Shown here piece by piece: positions 50,401 through 62,489 of a stretch of DNA of 64,000 bases; the stretch's first letter is position 1; the number at the start of each line of letters is the position of its first letter. Origin of the DNA: Nemertoderma westbladi (Eukaryota; Animalia; Xenacoelomorpha); the NCBI GenBank assembly GCA_032718475.1, contig JAUCBJ010009152.1:8542-72541 (forward strand). The letters are read 5' to 3'. The notes below the pieces were generated by a model. That model was given only the letters and a program-made list of their open reading frames with translations. It was not told the origin of the DNA and did no database searches. The translations under genes were made by a program, and so were the position numbers.

Positions 50401-52800
50401 GTACTGGTTCTAACAGCTGTATCATGGACTCCATATAGGAGTACTGGTTCTAACTGCTGTATGATGGACTCCATATAGGAGTACTGGTTCTAACTGCTGT
50501 ATGATGGTCTCCATATAGGAGTACTGGTTCTAACAGCTGTATCATGGACTCCATATAGGAGTACTGGTTCTAACTGCTGTATGATGGACTCCATATAGGA
50601 GTACTGGTTCTAACAGCTGTATCATGGACTCCATATAGGAGTACTGGTTCTAACTGCTGTATGATGGACTCCATATAGGAGTACTGGTTCTAACTGCTGT
50701 ATGATGGACTCCATATAGGAGTACTGGTTCTATCTGCTGTATGATGGTCTCCATATAGGAGTACTGGTTCTAACAGCTGTATCATGGACTCCATATAGGA
50801 GTACTGGTTCTAACTGCTGTATGATGGACTCCATATAGGAGTACTGGTTCTAACTGCTGTATGATGGACTCCATATAGGAGTACTGGTTCTAACAGCTGT
50901 ATGATGGTCTCCATATAGGAGTACTGGTTCTAACAGCTGTATCATGGACTCCATATAGGAGTACTGGTTCTAACTGCTGTATGATGGACTCCATATAGGA
51001 GTACTGGTTCTAACTGCTGTATGATGGACTCCATATAGGAGTACTGGTTCTAACTGCTGTATGATGGACTCCATATAGGAGTGCTGGTTCTAACTGCTGT
51101 ATGATGGACTCCATATAGGAAGGAGTACTGGTTCTAACTGCTGTATGATGGACTCCATATAGGAGTACTGGTTCTAACTTATGATTGATGGACTGACTCC
51201 ATATATGAGTACTGGTTCTAACTTCTGATTGATGCTCCATATAGGAGTACTGGTTCTAACTGCTGTATGATGGTCTCCATATAGGAGTACTGGTTCTAAC
51301 AGCTGTATCATGGACTCCATATAGGAGTACTGGTTCTAACTGCTGTATGATGGACTCCATATAGGAGTACTGGTTCTAACTGCTGTATGATGGACTCCAT
51401 ATCGGAGTACTGGTTCTAACTGCTGTATGATGGACTCCATATAGGAGTACTGGTTCTAACAGCTGTATGATGGACTCCATATAGGAGTACTGGTTCTAAC
51501 TGCTGTATGATGGTCTCCATATAGGAGTACTGGTTCTAACTGCTGTATGATGGTCTCCATATAGGAGTACTGGTTCTAACTGCTGTATGATGGTCTCCAT
51601 ATAGGAGTACTGGTTCTAACAGCTGTATCATGGACTCCATATAGGAGTACTGGTTCTAACTGCTGTATGATGGACTCCATATAGGAGTACTGGTTCTAAC
51701 TGCTGTATGATGGACTCCATATAGGAGTACTGGTTCTAACAGCTGTATGATGGTCTCCATATAGGAGTACTGGTTCTAACAGCTGTATCATGGACTCCAT
51801 ATAGGAGTACTGGTTCTAACTGCTGTATGATGGACTCCATATAGGAGTACTGGTTCTAACTGCTGTATGATGGACTCCATATAGGAGTACTGGTTCTAAC
51901 TGCTGTATGATGGACTCCATATAGGAGTGCTGGTTCTAACTGCTGTATGATGGACTCCATATAGGAAGGAGTACTGGTTCTAACTGCTGTATGATGGACT
52001 CCATATAGGAGTACTGGTTCTAACTTATGATTGATGGACTGACTCCATATAGGAGTACTGGTTCTAACTTCTGATTGATGCTCCATATAGGAGTACTGGT
52101 TCTAACTGCTGTATGATGGTCTCCATATAGGAGTACTGGTTCTAACAGCTGCATCATGGACTCCATATAGGAGTACTGGTTCTAACTGCTGTATGATGGA
52201 CTCCATATAGGAGTACTGGTTCTAACTGCTGTATGATGGACTCCATATCGGAGTACTGGTTCTAACTGCTGTATGATGGACTCCATATAGGAGTACTGGT
52301 TCTAACAGCTGTATGATGGACTCCATATAGGAGTACTGGTTCTAACTTCTGTATGATGGACTCCATATAGGAGTACTGGTTCTAACTGCTGTATGATGGA
52401 CTCCATATAGGAGTACTGGTTCTAACTGCTGTATGATGGACTCCATATAGGAATACTGGTTCCTGGTTCTATCTGCTGATTGATGCTCCATATAGGAGTA
52501 CTGGTTCTAACTGCTGTATGATGGACTCCATATAGGAGTACTGGTTCTAACAGCTGTATGATGGACTCCATATAGGAGTACTGGTTCTAACTGCTGTATG
52601 ATGGACTCCATATAGGAGTACTGGTTCTAACTGCTGTATGATGGACTCCATATAGGAGTACTGGTTCTAACAGCTGTATGATGGACTCCATATAGGAGTA
52701 CTGGTTCTAACTGCTGTATGATGGACTCCATATAGGAGTACTGGTTCTAACTGCTGTATGATGGACTCCATATAGGAGTACTGGTTCTAACTGCTGTCTG
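29487..52800. repeat. Main 40-bp satellite array with higher-order structure
   Basis: Uninterrupted tandem monomers, each with an ACTCC-ATATA-GGAGT hairpin and an AGTACT (ScaI) site. The two main subtypes are GCTGTAT and TCTGAT(T/C). Confidence 0.99.
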
Positions 52801-55800
52801 ATGGACTCCATATAGTACTGGTTCTAACTGCTGTATGATGGACTCCATATAGTACTGGTTCTAACTGCTGTATGATGGACTCCATATAGTACTGGTTCTA
52901 TCTTCTATATGAAGGACTCCATATAGTACTGGTTCTACTGCTGTATGATGGACTCCATATAGTACTAGTTCTATCTTCTGTATGAAGGACTCCATATAGT
53001 ACTGGTTCTATCTTCTGTATGAAGGACTCCATATAGTACTGGTTCTAACTGCTGTATGATGGACTCCATATAGTACTGGTTCTAACTGCTGTATGATGGA
53101 CTCCATATAGTACTGGTTCTAACTGCTGTGTGATGGACTCCATATAGTACTGGTTCTAACTGCTGTATGATGGACTCCATATGGTACTGGTTCTATCTTC
53201 TGTATGAAGGACTCCATATAGTACTGGATCTAACTGCTGTATGATGGACTCCATATAGTACTGGTTCTAACTGCTGTATGATGGACTCCATATAGTACTG
53301 GTTCTAACTGCTGTATGATGGACTCCATATAGTACTGGTTCTATCTTCTATATGAAGGACTCCATATAGTACTGGTTCTACTGCTGTATGATGGACTCCA
53401 TATAGTACTAGTCTATCTTCTGTATGAAGGACTCCATATAGTACTGGTTCTAACTGCTGTATGATGGACTCCATATAGTACTGGTTCTATCTTCTATATG
53501 AAGGACTCCATATAGTACTGGTTCTACTGCTGTATGATGGACTCCATATAGTACTAGTTCTATCTTCTGTATGAAGGACTCCATATAGTACTGGTTCTAA
53601 CTGCTGTATGATGGACTCCATATAGTACTGGTTCTATCTTCTGTATGAAGGACTCCATATAGTACTGGTTCTAACTGCTGTATGATGGACTCCATATAGT
53701 ACTGGTTCTAACTGCTGTATGACGGACTCCATATAGTACTGGTTCTAACTGCTGTATGAAGGACTCCATATAGTACTGGTTCTACTGCTGTATGATGGAC
53801 TCCATATAGTACTAGTTCTATCTTCTGTATGAAGGACTCCATATAGTACTGGTTCTAACTGCTGTATGATGGACTCCATATAGTACTGGTTCTAACTGCT
53901 GTATGACGGACTCCATATAGTACTGGTTCTAACTGCTGTATGATGGACTCCATATAGTACTGGTTCTATCTTCTATATGAAGGACTCTATATAGTACTGG
54001 TTCTAACTGCTGTATGATGGACTCCATATAGTACTGGTTCTAACTGCTGTATGATGGACTCCATATAGTACTGGTTCTAACTGCTGTATGATGGACTCCA
54101 TATAGTACTGGTTCTATCGTACTGGTTCTAACTGCTGTATGATGGACTCCATATGGTACTGGTTCTATCTTCTGTATGGAGGACTCCATATAGAACTGGT
54201 TCTAACTGCTGTATGATGGACTCCATATAGGAGTACTGATTCTAACTGCTGATTGATGGACTCCATATAGTACTGGTTCTAACTGCTGTATGATGGACTC
54301 CATATTGGAGTACTGGTTCTAACTTCTGTATGAAGGACTCCATATAGTACTGGTTCTATTTTCTGTATGAAGGACTCCATATAGTACTGGTTCTATCTTC
54401 TGTATGATGGACTCCATATAGTACTGGTTCTACTGCTGTATGATGGACTCCATATAGTACTGGTTCTAACTGCTGTATGATGGACTCCATATAGTACTGG
54501 TTCTAACTGCTGTATGATGGACTCCATATAGTACTGGTTCTATCTTCTGTATGAAGGACTCCATATAGTACTGGTTCTATCTTCTGTATGAAGGACTCCA
54601 TATAGTACTGGTTCTATCTTCTGTATGAAGGACTCCATATAGTACTGGTTCTAACTGCTGTATGATGGACTCCATAAGGACTCCATATAGTACTGGTTCT
54701 ATCTTCTGTATGAAGGACACCATATAGTACTGGTTCTATCTTCTGTATGAAGGACTCCATATAGTACTGGTTCTATCTTCTGTATGAAGGACTCCATATA
54801 GTACTGGTTCTAACTGCTGTATGATGGACTCCATATAGTACTGGTTCTATCTTCTGTATGAAGGACTCCATATAGTACTGGTTCTATCTTCTGTATGAAG
54901 GACTCCATATAGTACTGGTTCTATCTTCTGTATGAAGGACTCCATATAGTACTGGTTCTAACTGCTGTATGATGGACTCCATAAGGACACCATAGTACTG
55001 GTTCTATCTTCTGTATGAAGGACTCCATATAGTACTGGTTCTATCTTCTGTATGAAGGACTCCATATAGTACTGGTTCTAACTGCTGTATGGTGGACTCC
55101 ATAAGGACACCATATAATACTGGTTCTAACTGCTGTATGATGGACTCCATAGGAGTACTGGTTCTAACTGCTGTATGATGGACTCCATATAGGAGTTCTA
55201 ACTGCTGTATGATGGACTCCATATAGGAGTACTGGTTCTAACCGCTGTATCATGGACTCCATATAGGAGTACTGGTTCTAACTGCTGTATGATGGACTCC
55301 ATATAGGAGTACTGGTTCTAACTGCTGTATGATGGACTCCATATCGGAGTACTGGTTCTAACTGCTGTATGATGGACTCCATAAGGACACCATATAGTAC
55401 TGGTTCTAACTGCTGTATGATGGACTCCATATGGTACTGGTTCTATCTTCTGTATGAAGGACTCCATATAGTACTGGTTCTATCTTCTGTATGAAGGACT
55501 CCATATAGTACTGGTTCTAACTGCTGTATGATGGACTCCATATAGTACTGGTTCTAACTGCTGTATGATGGACTCCATATAGTACTGGTTCTAACTGCTG
55601 TATGATGGACTCCATATAGTACTGGTTCTAACTGCTGTATGTTGGACTCCATATGGTACTGGTTCTAACTGCTGTATGATGGACTCCATATAGTACTGGT
55701 TCTAACTGTTGTATGATGGACTCCATATATGAGTACTGGTTCTAACTGCTGTATGATGGACTCCATATAGTACTGGTTCTAACTGCTGTATGATGGACTC

Positions 55801-56600
55801 CATATAGGAGTACTGGTTCTAACTGCTGTATGATGACTGGACTCCATATAGTACTGGTTCTAAGTGCTGATTTATGGACTCCATATAGTACTGGTTCTAA
55901 CTGCTGTGTGATGGACTCCATATAGTACTGGTTCTAACTGCTGTATGATGGACTCCATATATTACTGGTTCTAACTGCTGTATGATGGACTCCATATGGT
56001 ACTGGATTATCTTCTATATGAAGGACTCCATATAGTACTGGTTCTAACTACTGTATGATGGACTCCATATAGTACTGGTTCTATCTTCTATATGAAGGAC
56101 TCCATATAGGAGTACTGGTTCTAACTGCTGTATGATGGACTCCATATAGTACTAGTTCTATCTTCTGTATGAAGGACTCCATATAGTACTGGTTCTACTG
56201 CTGTATGATGGACTCCATATAGTACTGGTTCTAACTGCTGTATGATGGACTCCATATAGTACTGGTTCTAACTGCTGTATGATGGACTCCATATAGTACT
56301 GGTTCTATCTTCTATATGAAGGACTCCATATAGTACTAGTTCTATCTTCTATATGAAGGACTCCATATAGTACTGGTTCTACTGCTGTATGATGGACTCC
56401 ATATAGTACTGGTTCTAACTGCTGTATGATGGACTCCATATAGTACTGGTTCCATCTTCTATATGAAGGACTCCATATAGTACTGGTTCTATCTTCTATA
56501 TGAAGGACTCCATATAGTACTGGTTCTATCTTCTATATGAAGGACTCCATATAGTACTGGTTCTAACTGCTGTATGAAGGACTCCATATAGTACTGGTTC
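52801..56600. repeat. 37-bp subfamily block of the satellite
   Basis: Most monomers lack GGA (CCATATAGTACTGG); many read TTCTATCTTCTGTATGAAGG. Confidence 0.95.
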
Positions 56601-59600
56601 TAACTGCTGTATGATGGACTCCATATAGGAGTACTGGTTCTAACTGCTGTATGATGGACTCCATATAGGAGTACTGGTTCTAACTGCTGTATGATGGACT
56701 CCATATAGGAAGGAGTACTGGTTCTAACTGCTGTATGATGGACTCCATATAGGAGTACTGGTTCTAACTGCTGTATGATGGACTCCATATAGGAGTACTG
56801 GTTCTAACTGCTGTATGATGGACTCCATATAGGAGTGCTGGTTCTAACTGCTGTATGATGGACTCCATATAGGAGTGCTGGTTCTAACTGCTGTATGATG
56901 GACTCCATATAGGAAGGAGTACTGGTTCTAACTGCTGTATGATGGACTCCATATAGGAGTACTGGTTCTAACTTATGATTGATGGACTGACTCCATATAG
57001 GAGTACTGGTTCTAACTTCTGATTGATGCTCCATATAGGAGTACTGGTTCTAACTGCTGTATGATGGTCTCCATATAGGAGTACTGGTTCTAACAGCTGT
57101 ATCATGGACTCCATATAGGAGTACTGGTTCTAACTGCTGTATGATGGACTCCATATAGGAGTACTGGTTCTAACTGCTGTATGATGGACTCCATATCGGA
57201 GTACTGGTTCTAACTGCTGTATGATGGACTCCATACAGGAGTACTGGTTCTAACAGCTGTATGATGGACTCCATATAGGAAGGAGTACTGGTTCTAACTG
57301 CTGTATGATGGACTCCATATAGGAGTACTGGTTCTAACTGCTGTATGATGGACTCCATATAGGAGTACTGGTTCTAACTGCTGTATGATGGACTCCATAT
57401 AGGAGTGCTGGTTCTAACTGCTGTATGATGGACTCCATATAGGAGTGCTGGTTCTAACTGCTGTATGATGGACTCCATATAGGAAGGAGTACTGGTTCTA
57501 ACTGCTGTATGATGGACTCCATATATGAGTACTGGTTCTAACTTATGATTGATGGACTGACTCCATATAGGAGTACTGGTTCTAACTTCTGATTGATGCT
57601 CCATATAGGAGTACTGGTTCTAACTGCTGTATGATGGTCTCCATATAGGAGTACTGGTTCTAACAGCTGTATCATGGACTCCATATAGGAGTACTGGTTC
57701 TAACTGCTGTATGATGGTCTCCATATAGGAGTACTGGTTCTAACAGCTGTATCATGGACTCCATATAGGAGTACTGGTTCTAACTGCTGTATGATGGACT
57801 CCATATAGGAGTACTGGTTCTAACTGCTGTATGATGGACTCCATATCGGAGTACTGGTTCTAACTGCTGTATGATGGACTCCATATAGGAGTACTGGTTC
57901 TAACAGCTGTATGATGGACTCCATATAGGAGTACTGGTTCTAACTTCTGTATGATGGACTCCATATAGGAGTACTGGTTCTAACTGCTGTATGATGGACT
58001 CCATATAGGAGTACTGGTTCTAACTGCTGTATGATGGACTCCATATAGGAATACTGGTTCCTGGTTCTATCTGCTGATTGATGCTCCATATAGGAGTACT
58101 GGTTCTAACTGCTGTATGATGGACTCCATATAGGAGTACTGGTTCTAACTGCTGTATGATGGACTCCATATAGGAGTACTGGTTCTAACTGCTGTATGAT
58201 GGACTCCATATAGGAGTACTGGTTCTAACAGCTGTATGATGGACTCCATATAGGAGTACTGGTTCTAACTGCTGTATGATGGACTCCATATAGGAGTACT
58301 GGTTCTAACTGCTGTATGATGGACTCCATATAGGAGTACTGGTTCTAACTGCTGTCTGATGGACTCCATATAGGAGTACTGGTTCTAACTGCTGTATGAT
58401 GGACTCCATATAGGAGTACTGGTTCTAACTGCTGTATGATGGACTCCATATAGGAGTACTGGTTCTAACTGCTGTATGATAGACTCCATATAGGAGTACT
58501 GGTTCTTACTTCTGATTGATGGACTCCATATAGGAGTACTGGTTCTAACTGCTGTATGATGGACTCCATATAGGAGCACTGGTTCTAACTGCTGTATGAT
58601 GGACTCCATATAGGAGTACTGGTTCTAACTGCTGATTGATAGACTCCATATAGGAGTACTGGTTCTAACTGCTATATGATGGACTCCATATAGGAAGGAG
58701 TACTGGTTCTTACTTCTGAATGATGGACTCCATATAGGAGTACTGGTTCTTACTTCTGATTGATGGACTCCATATAGGAGTACTGGTTTTAACTTCTGAT
58801 TGATGGACTCCATATAGGAGTACTGGTTCTAACTGCTGTATGATGGACTCCAGGAGTACTGGTTCTAACTGCTGTATGATGGACTCCATATAGGAGTACT
58901 GGTTCTAACTGCTGATTGATGGACTCCATATAGGAGTACTGGTTCTAACTTCTGATTGATGGACTCCATAAAAGAGTACTGGTTCTAACTGCTGATTGAT
59001 GGACTTCATATAGGAGTACTGGTTCTAACTGCTGTATGATGGACTCCATATAGGAGTACTGGTTCTAACTTATGATTGATGGCCTCCATATAGGAGTACT
59101 GGTTCTAACTGCTGTATGATGGACTCCATAAAGGAGTACTGGTTCTAACTTCTGATTGATGGCCTCCATATAGGAGTACTGGTTCTAACTGCTGTATGAT
59201 GGTCTCCATATAGGAGTACTGGTTCTAACTGCTGTATGATGGACTCCATATAGGAGTACTGGTTCTAACTGCTGATTGATGGACTCCATATAGGAGTACT
59301 GGTTCTAACTTCTGATTGAGGGACTCCATAAAGGAGTACTGGTTCTAACTGCTGTATGATGGACTCCATATAGGAGTACTGGTTCTAACTGCTGTATGAT
59401 GGACTCCATATAGGAGTACTGGTTCTAACTTCTGATTGATGGACTCCATATAGGAGTACTGGTTCTAACTTCTGATTGATGGACTCCATAAAGGAGTACT
59501 GGTTCTAACTTCTGATTGATGGACTCCATAAAGGAGTACTGGTTCTAACCTCTGATTGATGGACTCCATATAGGAGTACTGGTTCTAACTGATGTATGAT

Positions 59601-59695
59601 TGACTCCATATAGGAGTACTGGTTCTAACTTCTGATTGATGGACTCCATTAAGGAGTACTGGTTCTAACTTCTGATTGATTGACTCCATATAGGA
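56601..59695. repeat. 40-bp satellite block
   Basis: Monomers return to CCATATAGGAGTACTGG. Confidence 0.97.
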
Positions 59696-61023
59696 TTATC
59701 CACTTCCCAACACGTTCTTCAGGACTATCGGCTTTGAAGCGCCCCTTTGCACAACTTTTCCGACCAGATACCTCATTTACAGTTTACCAGGTAAGTTTTG
59801 ATTGTTGCTGTATGTGAGCAGTTGTAATTGCTTCAGTTTTATCCTGTATGTACTTTTCCTGGCTAATGTTGTAGGACAATTTAAGATCGTCCTTAGCTTT
59901 CTCGACCTTGTTAATGTTTTCGGTTTTTGGTTGTTCGGTTTTAACTTTGTAGTCGCACATACTGTTTTCGTTTGGGTTTCTGGGGGATATGCCTCTTAGC
60001 TGATTCCTTGTGGGCTGTTACTATATTCTGGTATATTGAATATATGGTAGAAGTTCAAAACCGCTTTGAAGCACTTATCCACCAATTCAATATACCTGTG
60101 ACGGGATCCGAGCGGTGTGGTTTATTTACGCGTCCCCGCCGCCAGTGATTGTTATCGTTCCGAAATTGTTAATGGATATATATAAATGAACTGAGTAAAC
60201 ACATAGCACAGTTGATGGTGAACTGAGTAAATGGTAATATAATTGGTGATGGTGGCGGCGACGGTTATAAAATGTCACCGTACTGCCCTGACTGAGTGAC
60301 TGAGTAAACTAATTGTGTTTCGGAATGTCCTTTATAAGTCCAGTCAGTTCTTCATAAAACTTGACTGCTTGTTCTGGCTCTGAGGCATTGGGTGGACTGT
60401 AGCAACATATAACTGTTGCCTTGGGATTCCCATCAAATGTTGTGATCATAACCCTGGAATTTATAGATTCGATGTTGTTTAGAGTCTTAAGTGCAAATAG
60501 GCTTGGCAGAATTCCTACTCCACCAATTGATGCATTGGCCGAGTTTCTTACTGCTGAGCTTGTTACTAACGTCCATCTATTTCCAATGTCATTGTACTTC
60601 ATGGCAGTTGGTTGATTACCTTCCGCCGACCTTGTCAGCATGTCTAGCCGTTGGTTGATTACCTTCCGCCTATCCTCCATGGCCTACAGCCCTGCTGCCA
60701 ACTGTAGGGGTCCATTTGTTACACCCTGAACCAAGTGTGCCCCCTGGGTTAGGTTACTGGTAGAGGAGTATCCAGTATAGACAGGGGGGGCGTGTATCAT
60801 CTCTAATGCAGATGCGTATCAAGCCTTTGCCTTCAATGGTGCCCTAGGCGCTATAGCCCTCAATGACTTATTTAGTTGACAGGGTTAAACCAACCCACTC
60901 TTGATCAACTAAATAATGAATAGGCTATGCTTATCGGGCCTGCCCTACTGGGCTGGCAGCTACAGGTAGTACCACATTACTGCCATAGTGGTAGCAGGAT
61001 CTGGGGACCTGACCTGACCTGAT
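59696..61023 (-). mobile_element. Decayed RTE/RTEX-like non-LTR retrotransposon fragment (5' region, APE endonuclease remnant, post-endonuclease linker; no RT)
   Basis: ORF 60309-60680 has GGVGIL...ESINSRVMITTFDGNPKATVICCYSPPN...FYEEL...IPKHN, typical of the RTE APE domain. My translation of ~59700-59920 (minus) gives ...QEKYIQDKTEAITTAHIQQQSKLTW*TVNEVSGRKS...KADSPEERVGKW, a typical linker with an in-frame stop. Confidence 0.75.
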
Positions 61024-61640
61024 ATGTATGATGGACTCCATATAGGAGTACTGGTTCCAACTTCTGATTGATGGACTCCATATAGGAGTACTGGTTCTAA
61101 CTGCTGTATGGTGGACTCCATATAGGAAGGAGTACTGGTTCTAACTGCTGTATGATGGACTCCATATAGGAGTACAGGTTCTAACTTCTGATTGATGGAC
61201 TCCATATAGGAGTACTGGTTCTAACTTCTGATTGATGGACTCCATATAGGAGTATTGGTTCTAACTGCTGTATGATGGACTCCATATAGGAGTACTGGTT
61301 CTAACTGCTGTATGAAGGACTCCATATAGTACTGGTTCTATCTTCTGTATGAAGGACTCCATATAGTACTGGTTCTATCTTCTGTATGATGGACTCCATA
61401 TAGTACTGGTTCTAACTGCTGTATGATGGACTCCATATAGTACTGGTTCTATCTTCTGTATGAAGGACTCTATATAGTACTGGTTCTAACTGCTGTATGA
61501 TGGACTTCATATAGTACTGGTTCTATCTTCTGTATGAAGGACTCCATATAGTACTGGTTCTATCTTCTGTATGATGGACTCCATATAGTACTGGTTCTAT
61601 CTTCTGTATGAAGGACTCCATATAGTACTGGTTCTATCTT
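61024..61640. repeat. Satellite (40-bp monomers, switching to 37-bp at ~61320)
   Basis: Tandem monomers. Confidence 0.96.
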
Positions 61641-62489
61641 TTTTTTTTTTTTTTACTCAAAAGCCTCCATATATTATAATATTAACAAACAATAATTCGA
61701 ATATAAAAACGCACCAAAACAAGTACAAATATAACCCACCACCAGCTGATTCAAACTGTTACCTAGCAACAATACAAACAATACAAATTGGTTCAGTACC
61801 CATCACCAGTCTGCCACTCTGCCACTGCCAGTACCCAACAAACCCGCCAGACCTCTAACTTCTAAGCCGTCCTGGGGTCCGAGTCCGCGTTTGCCCACAC
61901 AATGGACGCGTCCGCCACTGCTGCCCGCACCGGTCTTCTAGCAGCCGACCGAAACCCACGGAGGCACATCAGGGACGACCGGAGTAAGGCGAAGTTGATG
62001 CGTCGCCGCACCCACGCTACCGACTCCGGGTAGGGAACCCGTCGTTTCTCCGACAGCCTCAATGCCAGCCGCTTCACAAACTGCTTCGCAGCCGGCGCCA
62101 TGCCCCCGAAAGCGGAAAATATGAGGGGGGTGAAGGTTGAGTGCTCAACCTCACGGATCCGCTCCTCGTATCTCCGGATCTTCCTCGCCTCGTGATGGAG
62201 GTGGGCGGCATCCAGCGACATCGCTGCGTTGGTGTCCGCCAGCGGGTTGAACACCGACACGTCGATAAACATCTTCTGGAAGCGGTTGCCCCAGAATCTG
62301 CTTACCGACACGTCGAGTCTCGCCTGCTGGTCCGTCGAGGTGGACCGGAGAGTGAAGGACTCCCCCGTCAGCGGCTGGAGCATCGGCTCGACAGCCACGT
62401 TGTGGGCCACCTCAGTCAGGGAGTCGGCGACGAAATCGCGGATCTTGTTGTGTCTGATTGAGGGGAACCCCCCAGTGGGACACGACAGA
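61641..62489 (-). mobile_element. 5'-truncated CRE-clade non-LTR retrotransposon with poly(A) tail and 12-14-bp TSD
   Basis: Poly-T on + at 61639-61654. ACTGGTTCTATCTT is duplicated at 61627-61640 and 62490-62503. The interior is GC-rich and coding. Confidence 0.88.
61862..62488 (-). pseudogene. C-terminal restriction-like (PD-(D/E)xK) endonuclease domain of a CRE-type ORF, 5'-truncated but uninterrupted
   Basis: LSCPTGG...RHNKIRD...EP...RLDV...FWG...FIDVSVF...HEARKIRRY...FTPLIFSAFGGM...CLRG. The apparent N-terminus MESFIQKIEPV is translated satellite. Confidence 0.85.
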
